This document shows positions 27,501 to 34,958 of a DNA stretch of 34,958 nt, piece after piece. The position numbers and the translations under genes are program-made. Within the stretch, counting starts at the first letter, position 1, and each line of letters opens with the position of its first letter. The DNA comes from an uncultured Desulfovibrionaceae bacterium (lineage in GTDB: Bacteria > Desulfobacterota > Desulfovibrionia > Desulfovibrionales > Desulfovibrionaceae). The notes below the pieces were generated by a model. That model searched no databases. It saw nothing but the letters and a program-made list of their open reading frames with translations, and was not told where the DNA came from. The stretch lies in contig CAYJFR010000002.1 in the NCBI GenBank assembly GCA_964369335.1, forward strand, positions 1 through 34,958, written 5' to 3'.

Positions 27501-30500
27501 TATCGGTGGCTATAATTAGACCGGCAGCGGCAGGCTTGCCAGGGTCAAGGACGTTTTCAGCATTACCAATACCATGACCAGCTTCTGTTACAAGCATATC
27601 ATTGGCAAAGCCGATAACAGGGGCGTCATTGGAGCCTTTAACGGTGACAGTCACTTGTTGTGCATCCCATGCGCCGTTATTGTCTTTTACATAGACAGTG
27701 AAGTTTTCTGTGGGAAGAGCTGTGTCGTTGTCGTCACGAATTTGCAAAGCCCAGAAAGCGGCTTCTGTGATGGGGCCAAGCTCTTTGGCTTCTTCTTCAG
27801 TATATAAAGTATAGGTATACTCACCGTCGGCATCAATGACCATTTTACCGTAAAGACCGTTGACTTCTGCGCCTTCGGTGGGAAGCTTAGCAAAAGATTC
27901 AAATGCTTCTGCGGTAATTTCACCAATCATCTCAAGAATTTCATCATTAAATTCAACGCCAAGTTTTGTCAAAATGCTCTCAGTAGTATCTGCGAGATTG
28001 AATTCCGGACGTGCATAGCCTACGCTGAAAGTGTGTGTGTCACCTGTGTCGCTGTCTGTAAAGCTTGCTTGACCTGACATAGAGTCTGCAAAACCTGCTT
28101 CGCTCACATGTGGATTTTCAAAGCTGTCTGTCACAGTGAGGGTGCTTTGAGATACTTCTAAGATAGGCTTGTCGTTGGTGCCCTTAATGGTGAGATCTAA
28201 ATTCATATCAGCAGAATTTATTTCAGAATCACCCTTGGCAGAGGTAACGCCGCTGTCGTCGGTGACTGTCAGCTTAATGGAAATATCTGCGTCCTTGCCT
28301 TCTGGAAGTGCATTGATGAATTCACTGTCATTGTTGAGCGTGAATTCGTATGTATAGTCGTTGCTTAAAAGATTTGAGAGATTGTCAGCAGAAGTAAAGA
28401 CAAGTGTTCCTATGTAGTCACTGGGCTCTGTGGTGGAGATATTACCGTTAGCGTCCACATAGTAGGTTGTGCTTACTGTGATTTCTGTGCCGTTAGAGGA
28501 GAGAGTCAGCTTGTCTGTCAAATCTATATCGCTGAGCTTAATAGTGCCAGATGCGATACTATCGCCGGCAAAAGGCGCGTTGGGAGATTGTGCTTCTTTA
28601 GAGCTGTCACCGTCGCCCACACCAGCTTCTTGCAAGAAAGTATCCATAGGGGTGATGGAAATTTCTGGGGTGTCGTTGGTGCCATTAACGGTCACAGTCA
28701 TAGGTTTGGCAGTCCACGCGCCGTGCTGATCTTTCACATAGACAGTGAATTTTTCCACATGGCTTTCACCCTCAGCAAGGGCTTGTTGCGCTGTGGTGTA
28801 TAGCTCATAGGTGTATTCACCTGTGGTCTTATCAATGGTTAAAGAACCAAAGAGTCCTATAGCAACATGGTCTGCTATAAGAATACCGTCTTCGGAATTT
28901 GGGAAGTTGAGAGCGTTTTCTGCATGCCCTGCACTCACAGCAAAGCTAAAGCTATCGCCGTCAATATCGCTGCCTATGGCTGTACCAGAAATGCTCTTAT
29001 GGTCTTCACCTATAACGAGGTTGCCATTGTCGGCTATATCGTCTTTATTGGCATCTAAAACCAAGGTAGGCTTGTCATTGCTGCCTTTAACGGTGAAAGT
29101 TAAGTCTGCGCTGTTAGAGGCTTTATCGTCTTTAACGGTGAGCTGAAGTGTAATATCTCGTGTGTCATCCTTGGCAATACCATTGATAGTAGCACTGTCA
29201 TTGTTCAAGGTGAATGTGTAGTCGTGGGTTCCGCGACCTGTACCGCTAAAAGTGATAGTACCCACATAGTCACTTGGTGCAGTTGTGCTTAATGCGCCAT
29301 TGGCATCTACATAGTATGTTATATTTGCAACAATGGTGGTAGCTCCTACAGACAGAGCTATGCTGTCATTAGTGTCCACATCGTTTAAGGTGATGCTTCC
29401 TGTGGCAGTAGGATCAGCGTCAGGGGCTTCTGCGTTAGGAAGCTGTACGGTCAGTTGGAACATCCCTTTGCCGATAGTTTTTTCAGAGCCTACACCTTCT
29501 TCTTGAAGATTGCTGTCTAATGGGGTCACGATGATAGTGGGGGCGTCATTAATGCCTGTAACTTTTACATCAACTTGCTTGGAAGTCCACGCACCATGAG
29601 AATCTTTAACATAAAGAGTGAAAGTATCGTTGTTTGGACCATCGGTGTCGTCAAGGGCTTGGAAAGCAGCGTTGCTTTTGTCAACGGTGTAGGTATATTC
29701 TCCGTTGGCGTCGATTTCAAGGGTACCATACTTACCTACAATGGAAGAGTTGGCGCCATTGGTGGCAAAAGTTATGCTTCCTGGTAAGGCGGCAGTGGGG
29801 TCGGTAATGCCGTCGACAGTGCTGTCGGCATTGCCCACAGCATAAGAGAAGCTAGCGTCGCTGTCTGGGTCAAAAACATCTTTAAGCGTTGTGCTGTTGG
29901 TGAAGGCTTCATGGGCAGCAAAGAGATTACCGTCTACTGCAAGGTCATTGATATCAAAGGTAGGTCTGTCGTTGGTACCTAGGATGTTGAAAGCAAAGTT
30001 GAAAGATGTAACGTTACCCAAAGAGTCGGTGATGGTACCGCTAAAGCTTTCAACACCGCTTGCACCAGCGCTCAGAGCTTGAGTGTCTGTGTCATTATTG
30101 TTCAGCTCATAGGTGAAAGAGCCGTCGGCGTTTAATGTAATTCTGCCGTATGTGCCTTGTCCATCACCATTGAGAGCATAGGTAAGGGAATCACCGTTAA
30201 TGTCTGAAGCGTTAAGCTGACCGCGTAAAAGGGGAAAGCCTTGTTCTTCTGCGTTGGGGAAATTGGGGTCTGCGCTAAGACCGTGCTCTTTTAGCTCGCC
30301 AAAAAAGGTGACGCTGTCCAGAGAGGGAGGAAGATTGGCACCATCGGGAAAATCAGCAAGAATAGGATTATCTGCGGTAATAACAAAACCATTGATTTCA
30401 GCATTACCTAAAGCGTCTACAGCGCCGTCAAAAAGCTCTCCGCCAATGGTGCCTACAATGGTACCGCCGCTGGTGGGAGCGGCAGCAGCAGGACCAGCAG

Positions 30501-30774
30501 CTGGCATAAGGGTTTCATCTAGGCCGGCAAAGAATGCCTCACCGTCGATTTCTGCACCACTAATAACAAAGGTGGGCATATTTTCGGCATTATACGCTAC
30601 GTAAAAGTCTGTTAAAACAATGCTTGAGCCATCGTCAAAAGACATGACAAGATTGTCTTCAGCACGAGTCAGTGTGGCATCGCCAGAGTCAAACTCAAAG
30701 ACTAAACGATCTTCAGCGTTGGGGGTGAGGGCAACAGTTCCTGCTTCTGGTTTTTTCAATAAAATGTCGGCCAT
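21541..30774 (-). CDS. giant (3077 aa) VCBS/Ig-like-repeat RTX adhesin, T1SS substrate, LapA-like
   Basis: No Sec signal. At least 7 VCBS-type units (YG.L.ID..G.YTY.L ... F.V.V.D..GAW....V.V.V.G.ND.P) alternate with Ig/cadherin-like modules. The C-terminus has a GGxGxD nonapeptide block followed by about 140 aa of acidic tail. AAGGA RBS 6 nt upstream of the ATG. Confidence 0.9.
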   Translation of the reverse strand: MADILLKKPEAGTVALTPNAEDRLVFEFDSGDATLTRAEDNLVMSFDDGSSIVLTDFYVAYNAENMPTFVISGAEIDGEAFFAGLDETLMPAAGPAAAAPTSGGTIVGTIGGELFDGAVDALGNAEINGFVITADNPILADFPDGANLPPSLDSVTFFGELKEHGLSADPNFPNAEEQGFPLLRGQLNASDINGDSLTYALNGDGQGTYGRITLNADGSFTYELNNNDTDTQALSAGASGVESFSGTITDSLGNVTSFNFAFNILGTNDRPTFDINDLAVDGNLFAAHEAFTNSTTLKDVFDPDSDASFSYAVGNADSTVDGITDPTAALPGSITFATNGANSSIVGKYGTLEIDANGEYTYTVDKSNAAFQALDDTDGPNNDTFTLYVKDSHGAWTSKQVDVKVTGINDAPTIIVTPLDSNLQEEGVGSEKTIGKGMFQLTVQLPNAEAPDADPTATGSITLNDVDTNDSIALSVGATTIVANITYYVDANGALSTTAPSDYVGTITFSGTGRGTHDYTFTLNNDSATINGIAKDDTRDITLQLTVKDDKASNSADLTFTVKGSNDKPTLVLDANKDDIADNGNLVIGEDHKSISGTAIGSDIDGDSFSFAVSAGHAENALNFPNSEDGILIADHVAIGLFGSLTIDKTTGEYTYELYTTAQQALAEGESHVEKFTVYVKDQHGAWTAKPMTVTVNGTNDTPEISITPMDTFLQEAGVGDGDSSKEAQSPNAPFAGDSIASGTIKLSDIDLTDKLTLSSNGTEITVSTTYYVDANGNISTTEPSDYIGTLVFTSADNLSNLLSNDYTYEFTLNNDSEFINALPEGKDADISIKLTVTDDSGVTSAKGDSEINSADMNLDLTIKGTNDKPILEVSQSTLTVTDSFENPHVSEAGFADSMSGQASFTDSDTGDTHTFSVGYARPEFNLADTTESILTKLGVEFNDEILEMIGEITAEAFESFAKLPTEGAEVNGLYGKMVIDADGEYTYTLYTEEEAKELGPITEAAFWALQIRDDNDTALPTENFTVYVKDNNGAWDAQQVTVTVKGSNDAPVIGFANDMLVTEAGHGIGNAENVLDPGKPAAAGLIIATDIDVEKLTFSVTGGDNTSGDLTLKDLVGDFSILGDAADLDVFSYDSTLESPYGTLYLNSATGGYIFVVDQDKADSLNEGDKEFVKFEFNVSDDQGDGYSVGTDSVTVTLTVEGTNDKPNLLIDGKDADIAREITENTGNTANSITGTFSGTDVDAGETATLEYDLNVTRPELGNATLEALVDKFLDLTNVDSNSPLHDILNSDVFSELYKALGDDLSNPVLDKINDLDGIKYGEKGTDAEGNDVVYGLYGKMVIDPESGEYTYTLYTWDEAKDNVDTALAYVALQHRDDNDDALPTENFTISVKDENGAWDSQNITVTVKGTNDAPELNLHEGSDVHVTEAGHGGDVIAGFTGDALGGVIGNIADPIKDAVEDSLKDFPTISGIVTKMIDELQEELENDLKAELAKQLEDDANFSPNLTKEGDSTASGKIGSDDDGAPLIIAPGAALGFDVEGLTSSLMANIGDLGLSADSIGNIVDLISTGLNVQGILDGSTDINSIIGLLGDLVTDTVNVEALLNIVKGSITQTIEGEYGTLVMHADGSYEYTLNNDNADTQALNEDETAKDSFTITAYDKFGQSSETEFEITVTGSNDKPTFDSEEKLEVAISEEEGSIKGTISATDPDSSGTLGDKLSFSVIAGPQSKITLEEYLNNNADAIVQPLVDSLQAKVDAVYAKNPGLQAKVERKAELEETIAAKTEEKGTTETAIIDKQNAIDILDAQKQKADSTELDKLKAELQDLTNTLGVEEEKSWGFVTQEATGLYKALADLEDYLGVDSRVDRFDTGLYAKLNEAQSDDEKDLIQEQIDQAKQDIEDAKQDIADAKQDIADKNSEINKEQDAVNNEQAELDAGVNKDLQDQIDPLETELNGLKADLESIVKALASADEELNGSGILNAGLAGELLINLGYQEVNIYLQLIEQLQTGTADEIAKALLEHYGEQGLDTDITEDLNHPDGVDGNTSQVGEYGTFTIDADTGEYTYTLFSKPDPADYGDDESNADYLAALALYEKVQELNKGETRTESFTVYVQDEKGAWDSKEVIVTVKGENEPPEFTDATEKVLTTYDADAATKDNNDETQPSTSAPADALAQAQGSFAFNTNMTDEFGTGQSALTITISGKTFTITVDDNGKPVITDSDGKPVSQIEGSNGYLTIDAVDMGSKNSDGVYTNGSIKYTYTQTKPYDHSTSGDTAQGVENFEVTITDFEGRDSEASIKVDIVDDGIDLKIVGGAYDTAIDATDAIHDYGMAHDAIPSAGGYGTHAKGFLDWNGADTAEGVEVSFASINGTDIPPFVNAHTTAVENLIIGTESYKLQYTSETEINGYDADGKIAFCLRYTSDSQQWVVLQYKALPEDLEITLQAKDSDGDIDTVTVNVNVHQPTVTEIETPSVVNVTESLDGQASEEKTLLFGKHDFKEIKIGDTVVVNADGTLTNAAAEGIYGSVLVTGYDKATGELTYTYTPKDGGLDHSADRELDDDFTVSMSLENGNTIEGTIEANISDDVPSDVEVLDTSTPFGTSNLYTGTISADFGADGKGAYDINGVRVEVGQETAIAGLGKITINDNGTYSLEMFKNPTTTTMTVKVYDADGSISNSDVSVTLNTDRYNTDMNPKIKETYEAFEAKGISGETIHGKDTNDVIRIGDGTNAMIAKTSGVYSHIVNLHDGDDFLHINGAISGQGFGSNAIDGGEGYDTVKLTNIGVENNTYVFQAGGGMTGIQGVDVNFKNVENFAFGKTNDTIDFSGYIGGSANAHGGDGNDTMKGSIYNDTLFGGDGRDTINGGNGDDHLAGGQGNDTIDGGRGNDYLGGGKGNDILDGGDGDDILNGGIGNDTLTGGEGIDFIDGGDGDDIIFAEITDKQILGGKGNDIIKLDLFTQNELDNININDVLVDGGDGMDILLAAAANIEEVKGLLNNGNITNTEIIMFGGNISDADALQKLYEDNGGMFDDQSLNEQSEKWTAGDSHTLNGVEYKEYKNDDNDMTILVQQVNLNVGG
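21961..22269 (-). repeat. RTX calcium-binding nonapeptide repeats
   Basis: Translation: [103 protein letters not shown]. Two further degenerate copies lie downstream ([16 protein letters not shown]). Confidence 0.9.
24991..25095 (-). repeat. 21-nt (heptad) tandem repeat inside the adhesin coiled-coil insert
   Basis: Heptads with Ile in register: IDQAKQD / IEDAKQD / IADAKQD (core, 25033-25095), then degenerate IADKNSE / INKEQDA. The DNA units are near-identical (gctaaacaaga(t/c)att...). Confidence 0.85.
26476..29787 (-). repeat. about 1.0-1.1 kb super-repeat of the adhesin (paired Ig-like + VCBS modules)
   Basis: Four homologous VCBS segments are spaced 987-1098 nt apart. They are visible as four mutually similar antisense shadow ORFs (26476-26712, 27574-27807, 28588-28803, 29575-29787). 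Two sense-strand copies are very similar: [26 protein letters not shown]...[19 protein letters not shown] and [27 protein letters not shown]...[19 protein letters not shown]. Confidence 0.8.
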
Positions 30775-31169
30775 GATATATCCTTAATTTTTGTTTGTTT
30801 ATAGGCAATAACGTACAACAAAAGACCTGCCTACAGTAAGCACAAAAAAGCACGCACCAAGGCGTACTGAATATGTAAATGGGGGTATAAGGCGTCTTGT
30901 CCACAAACAAGGTGTCAAGGCGACGAGGAAAAAATCCTCAGGCTTGGTAGCCCTCAAGCTCATAACGTAGAGCCTATGATAATTTAGGAGCATTCATGTG
31001 CAGTGAACACTCACACGCAAAAATACATGCGTGTATTAGGGATATATGTTTTAACTCTCCTTGTCAATATACTATGTGTTGTTTTCTATATATATTTTTT
31101 ATTTACATGTATCTAAGTATATTGTTTACTCTTTTAAATCATAGTAAAAAACTATTATTCATACAAATG

Positions 31170-31215
31170 AGAAGCTTTTTTTGAGCATAAATTTTGTGAT
31201 GCAAAAAAAGCTTCT
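31170..31215 (+). other. 14-bp perfect inverted repeat (hairpin; candidate terminator of a small upstream ORF)
   Basis: AGAAGCTTTTTTTG (31170-31183) and CAAAAAAAGCTTCT (31202-31215) are separated by 18 nt. The left arm contains the TGA stop (31182-31184) of the 62-codon ORF at 30996-31184. Confidence 0.4.
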
Positions 31216-31271
31216 TATATTCAAGAAAAAGAGAAATTTCTATTGCGCAAAAAATTTTCTTCCGATAAGAA

Positions 31272-31293
31272 GATTGTTATAAATATAACAATC
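31272..31293. promoter_or_regulatory. 22-bp palindrome, candidate operator upstream of the antiporter-like gene
   Basis: GATTGTTATA-AA-TATAACAATC has perfect 10-bp arms and lies 73-94 nt upstream of the ATG at 31366. Confidence 0.3.
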
Positions 31294-31365
31294 CTCTCTA
31301 TTTGTGGTGGCATTACATGAGGGTAGAGGCTGCTCGTTTGTTTTACACATTATTAAGGAGAATGT

Positions 31366-34300
31366 ATGGCGACAATACCTGAGTGCACTTCAGGCAACGT
31401 TTTATTCTTTCTGTGTGGCATTGCTTTCTTGCTGTATGGCACTGTGAAGGCATATCAGAACCGAAACGCGTATCAAAAGCTTCTTGCTTGGGGTGCTTTG
31501 GCCGATGTGGGCTTTATCTGCATGGCATTGGCGGTGGCTCAAGGCGTGGCGAGTACAGGGGCTTTTGTTTTTGCGCTGTTCCAATGTGTGGCGCGTGGAT
31601 TGGCCTTTTCGGCATATGCCGCTTTGGGTAAAAGCTGTATAAAATTAGGGCTTGCACCCTTACAAGGCAATGCCGACTCTCTTGCTAAAGCTACGAAACA
31701 AAATCCCTTGGCGGCAACGTTTTTTACTTTAGGCATGTTGGCAGCTGTAGGTGGTTCGCCCTTTCTTGTACCAGAAGGGCGTTTTTTTATGGCGCAGGGC
31801 ATGGTGACCGCTGATTTTATAGGGCATATACCGGCGCTGTTATTGGTGGCTTTGTGCACGACAATTTTTGTTTGGTTGCACTTAAAAGCCGTACGCACGG
31901 TATATTTAAAACACACCTCTGATGCAGCTTGCTCAAAAGACTCCTGTATACATATACGCCATTTGGGAAGTATGGACGCATGGGCGGTGCTTTTTGCGGT
32001 ATTGGTAGCCGTTTTGGGGCTGACGCGTAGCCCCGTATCAGATTATTTTGCGCAAATGGTGGGCGTCTCCTTGGAGCATGCCACAACGCATATGGTCTTT
32101 GTGGTGCTTTTTGTGGGTGCTTTTGTGACGGCTCTTTTGGGTATGACAAAAGTGGCCTATGCAGAAAAGTCCTCTGTTATTGTTATGGCTTTGGCTGTGC
32201 TGTGTGTGCTTTGTATGGAAGATATAAGCGCCGTGGGCAGAGTTTTCGCCCTTCTTATTACAAGCATGGGGCTTGTGGTAACAGTGTATTCCATAGGCTA
32301 TATGGCGCATGGGCATAGGCTTGTATCATATTATTTCTTTTTATTGCTGACCTTTGCCGCTCTTGTGGGCATTGTGACAACAGCTCATGCAGGCGCTTTT
32401 CATGGCTATTGGGAGCTTATGACCTTTGCCTCTTTCTTCCTTGTGGTACACGAAAGAACAGGATTTGGCGCGCAAGCTGTGTTGGATGCAGGACATAAGT
32501 ATTACCTTATGTGCGCAGGCGGCGCTGTATTTATGTTGGTGGGCTTGGTCATGCTTGGCGGCGGCGAAGCTTCTTTGACTGCCATAGCCACAGTGACACA
32601 AAACATGCCCTCTTTTACTTTGAAAGTGGCGCTGATGCTGACTTTAGCTGGATTTGCCGTTAAAGCTGGTCTTGTACCTTTGCAATCGTGGCTTCCCGAT
32701 GCTCACCCCGCGGCGCCGTCTTCCGTGTCTGGTCCATTGTCGGGTGTTATCACTAAATTGGGTATTTTTGGTATTATTACTATACTTTTAGGCTATGCAG
32801 GCCCAGCGGCTTTGGTGCAGTCAGGGCAAGTGCAAAGTGATTCCCCGTATATTTCTTGGATAGGCTATAATCTCAGCTTCTTGGGGGGTATTACCCTTAT
32901 TTATGGTGAGCTTATGGCTTTGCGCCAAGACGATATTAAACGTCTTTTGGCTTACTCCACCTTGGGGCAAATCGGTGAAGTGGTCTTAGTGTTAGGGCTT
33001 GGAACTTTCCTTTCTACGGTGGCAGCCCTCACCCACGTCATAAATCACGCCATCATGAAAGATTTACTCTTCCTCTGTGCGGGAGCACTTATCTTGCGCA
33101 CGGGAAGCCGTACCTTGAACGATTTACGCGGCCTTGGAAGCTGTATGCCCTTCACTGTAGGCTGTATGGCTGTGGGGCTCATTGCCATCATGGGCTTACC
33201 GCCCTTTGCTGGATTCATAGGCAAGTATCTTATGATTCAAGCCGCCATCAACTCAGGGCATTGGCTTATGGCTGTGCTTATTTTGGCAGGCTCTTTAGTG
33301 GGAGCTGTATATTATACACGTATTTTACGTGTGTTGATTTTTGAAAAACGCCCTGCGCATCTCTCCTTACAAAAGGCAGATAGACGCGAACAAGGCCCCA
33401 TGTGTATAGCTTTAGGATTCTTGGCGGCTTTGTGTGTGTTGCTTGGCGTATACCCACAATTAACACAAGAACTTGTGGTAGCGGCGGCGGGGCAATATTT
33501 TAGTGTCACTGCATACGCTGTGATAACCCTTGAAAGTATGTATGTTTCTTGGCCTGTGTACGTACTTGTGCCCATGCTAGGCGCTATAGCTCCCTACCTC
33601 TTGCGCCAAAACAGGCAAGAGGCCGGGCGCGTCACCGTGGGCATATTATTGCTGACAGCCTTGCTTGTACTTTTGTTTGGTCAAGACATGGATACTCTTT
33701 CCTTCGGTTTTGCTGTTATAGTGCCTCTTATGGGCGCCTTAAATATGCTCTATGCCTTGGGATATATGGAGCACAGCCATACGCAATGGCGTTTTTATGC
33801 TTTCTTTTTGGCCATGTGTTCTGGCTTGATAGGGCTTGCCTCAGCAGAATACTTGTTCTCTTTCTTCTTATTTTGGGAAATTATGAGCTCATGGGCTTTG
33901 TATTTTACCATTGCTCATGAGGGCACAAAGGACAGTTTGGCTGAAGCCTTTAAGTACTTTATTTTCAATTTAGCTGGGGCTGGCTGTATTTTCCTCGGCG
34001 TGTGTTTCTTAGGAGCATATACTCCCTTAGTGGCTGTGACAGACACACTCACAGCGCAAACCTTGACAACGCTTTCCAGTAGCTTGGGAGGTTTTGGCAT
34101 GGTGGGCTACGGGCTTTTAGCCTTGGGCTTTGTTATGAAAGCGGCACAATTGCCTTTCCGTATTGACTGGCAAATGCACCCTGCCTTAGCGCCTACGCCT
34201 GTGTCTGGTTTTATTTCCTCAGTACTGTTAAAGAGCGCTCTTTTAGGATTGATGAAGCTCTTTATTATTGTAGGGGGCGGCTTAACGCTTTTGAAGGTGG

Positions 34301-34958
34301 TCATGCCCGAAAGTCTGCAAACGGTGCAAAGCCTTGTTATGTGGATTGGCGGTATAACCGTTGTTATGGCGGCAACCCAAGCCCTTATGAGCAGTAACTT
34401 AAAGTTGATATTCATCTATTCTACGGTAAGCCAAATTGGTTATATGGTGCTGGCTGTGGCTGTTGGCACAAGCCTTGGCTATGCGGGTGGGCTTTTGCAT
34501 GTGGTAAACCATGTGTTCTTTAAGGATTTGCTCTTCCTTATGTGCGGTGTGCTTATGTTCCAAAGTCATAAGGACAGCTTACAAGAGCTGGGCGGCATAG
34601 GTTATAAAATGCCCTTTACGCTGACCATGTTTGCCATTGCGGGTCTTTCTGTGGTGGGCATACCGCCTACCAGCGGCTTTACTTCCAAGTGGATTATTTA
34701 TCACGCCCTTATGCAAGAAAATCAACCTTTCTTGGCGCTACTTTCCCTTGTGGGCAGTGTGATCACTTTAGCATATATAGCCAAATTCTTACACGCCGCC
34801 TTTATGGGACAACCGGGGCCGCATTTAGACCATATAGAAGACGCTTCGCCCGTCATGCGTATTCCCATGACTATTCTTGCCGCTGGTTGTATCCTCTTGG
34901 GTATTTTCCCGGGGCTTATGTTGCAACCCATTAATATGGTGCTTACGGAATACGGCTT
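31366..34958 (+). CDS. fused multi-module Mrp/NuoLMN-type (proton-conducting membrane transporter) protein, 3' end outside window
   Basis: This ORF is not in the ORF track. I translated frame 1 codon by codon from ATG 31366 (AAGGAG 5 nt upstream, in-frame TAA at 31354) to nt 34958 and found no stop in 1197 codons. Two full antiporter-like modules are present. Module 2 has YSIGYMAHGH, YWELMTFASFFLV, KAGLVPLQSWLPDAHPAAPSSVSGPLSGVITKLG, LLAYSTLGQIG, HVINHAIMKDLLFLCAG and GLPPFAGFIGK. Module 3 has YALGYMEHSH, FWEIMSSWALYF, KAAQLPFRIDWQMHPALAPTPVSGFISSVLLK, IFIYSTVSQIGY, HVVNHVFFKDLLFLMCG and GIPPTSGFTSKW. Confidence 0.85.
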   Translation, partial: MATIPECTSGNVLFFLCGIAFLLYGTVKAYQNRNAYQKLLAWGALADVGFICMALAVAQGVASTGAFVFALFQCVARGLAFSAYAALGKSCIKLGLAPLQGNADSLAKATKQNPLAATFFTLGMLAAVGGSPFLVPEGRFFMAQGMVTADFIGHIPALLLVALCTTIFVWLHLKAVRTVYLKHTSDAACSKDSCIHIRHLGSMDAWAVLFAVLVAVLGLTRSPVSDYFAQMVGVSLEHATTHMVFVVLFVGAFVTALLGMTKVAYAEKSSVIVMALAVLCVLCMEDISAVGRVFALLITSMGLVVTVYSIGYMAHGHRLVSYYFFLLLTFAALVGIVTTAHAGAFHGYWELMTFASFFLVVHERTGFGAQAVLDAGHKYYLMCAGGAVFMLVGLVMLGGGEASLTAIATVTQNMPSFTLKVALMLTLAGFAVKAGLVPLQSWLPDAHPAAPSSVSGPLSGVITKLGIFGIITILLGYAGPAALVQSGQVQSDSPYISWIGYNLSFLGGITLIYGELMALRQDDIKRLLAYSTLGQIGEVVLVLGLGTFLSTVAALTHVINHAIMKDLLFLCAGALILRTGSRTLNDLRGLGSCMPFTVGCMAVGLIAIMGLPPFAGFIGKYLMIQAAINSGHWLMAVLILAGSLVGAVYYTRILRVLIFEKRPAHLSLQKADRREQGPMCIALGFLAALCVLLGVYPQLTQELVVAAAGQYFSVTAYAVITLESMYVSWPVYVLVPMLGAIAPYLLRQNRQEAGRVTVGILLLTALLVLLFGQDMDTLSFGFAVIVPLMGALNMLYALGYMEHSHTQWRFYAFFLAMCSGLIGLASAEYLFSFFLFWEIMSSWALYFTIAHEGTKDSLAEAFKYFIFNLAGAGCIFLGVCFLGAYTPLVAVTDTLTAQTLTTLSSSLGGFGMVGYGLLALGFVMKAAQLPFRIDWQMHPALAPTPVSGFISSVLLKSALLGLMKLFIIVGGGLTLLKVVMPESLQTVQSLVMWIGGITVVMAATQALMSSNLKLIFIYSTVSQIGYMVLAVAVGTSLGYAGGLLHVVNHVFFKDLLFLMCGVLMFQSHKDSLQELGGIGYKMPFTLTMFAIAGLSVVGIPPTSGFTSKWIIYHALMQENQPFLALLSLVGSVITLAYIAKFLHAAFMGQPGPHLDHIEDASPVMRIPMTILAAGCILLGIFPGLMLQPINMVLTEYG

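Noticed and set aside
21770-30604. About 35 plus-strand ORFs (60-186 aa) listed by the track inside the adhesin gene, some with mutually similar sequences
   Set aside because: All lie antisense to, and entirely within, the uninterrupted 3077-codon minus-strand ORF. Their products are low-complexity S/P/L/V-rich mirror translations, and their mutual similarity simply reflects the sense-strand repeats.
30775-30995. Possible c-di-GMP or other riboswitch in the adhesin 5' leader (three AAGGCG/CGCCTT repeats and small hairpins)
   Set aside because: I could not find the conserved GEMM-type sequence blocks or a convincing multi-stem architecture by eye. The short repeats are too weak to call without covariance-model scanning (cmscan against Rfam would settle it).
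31383-34934. Short plus-strand frame-3 ORFs (31383-31631, 33549-33920, 34689-34934) and about ten minus-strand ORFs listed across 31.4-34.9 kb
   Set aside because: They are off-frame or antisense shadows of the long frame-1 antiporter-like ORF, which carries unmistakable family motifs. Their translations are Cys/His/Arg-rich and nonsensical.
1-34958. Scan for tRNA/rRNA genes, CRISPR arrays, IS elements, integrases, toxin-antitoxin or known phage-defence gene pairs
   Set aside because: I found no cloverleaf-like sequences, no regularly spaced direct repeats outside the adhesin coding repeats, and no transposase, recombinase or nuclease-type ORFs on either strand. A negative result by eye is not proof; tRNAscan, CRISPR finders and defence-system HMMs should be run.

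Overview
This 34,958-bp chromosomal segment looks, from gene content alone, like a diderm sulfate reducer of the Desulfovibrio type. That inference rests on an archaeal-style aroA'/aroB' entry into the shikimate pathway within an aroA'-aroB'-pheA-aroA-tyrA operon, a beta-barrel OMP, and a T1SS-type RTX adhesin.

- **1-12.2 kb (+ strand, housekeeping):** a 5'-truncated YhaN/SbcC-like coiled-coil ATPase, an EamA transporter, a small membrane protein, a TIM-barrel (CbiR-like?) protein and a DHH phosphoesterase. The aromatic amino-acid operon follows. It is preceded by a candidate promoter, a 36-codon F/Y/W-rich leader ORF (too short for the ORF track) and an intrinsic terminator, which is the layout of a classical attenuator.
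- **12.5-13.2 kb:** a beta-barrel OMP.
- **13.3-30.8 kb (- strand, accessory):** a 3077-aa VCBS/RTX giant adhesin with a LapG-type PAAG site and an internal heptad coiled-coil insert, followed by its own terminator and a signal-less heparinase II/III-family protein. Next comes a tightly coupled, markedly AT-rich six-gene cassette: a tandem flavodoxin-fold Fe-S protein, a DltX-like micro-protein (C-terminal F-x-Y-x-x-F), a DltC-like carrier protein, a DltA-like adenylating enzyme, a DltB-like MBOAT and a DltD-like SGNH protein. The order is X-C-A-B-D, not the Firmicute X-A-B-C-D. This Dlt-like envelope acylation system in a diderm, next to a giant adhesin, is my top candidate for an undescribed system.
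- **31.4 kb to window end (+ strand):** an ORF of more than 1197 codons that is missing from the ORF track because it has no stop in the window. It encodes a fused chain of Mrp/NuoLMN-type antiporter modules (one degenerate half-module plus two full modules).

I recognised no tRNA/rRNA, CRISPR, transposase or integrase. All calls come from reading motifs by eye; no database search or folding computation was possible.
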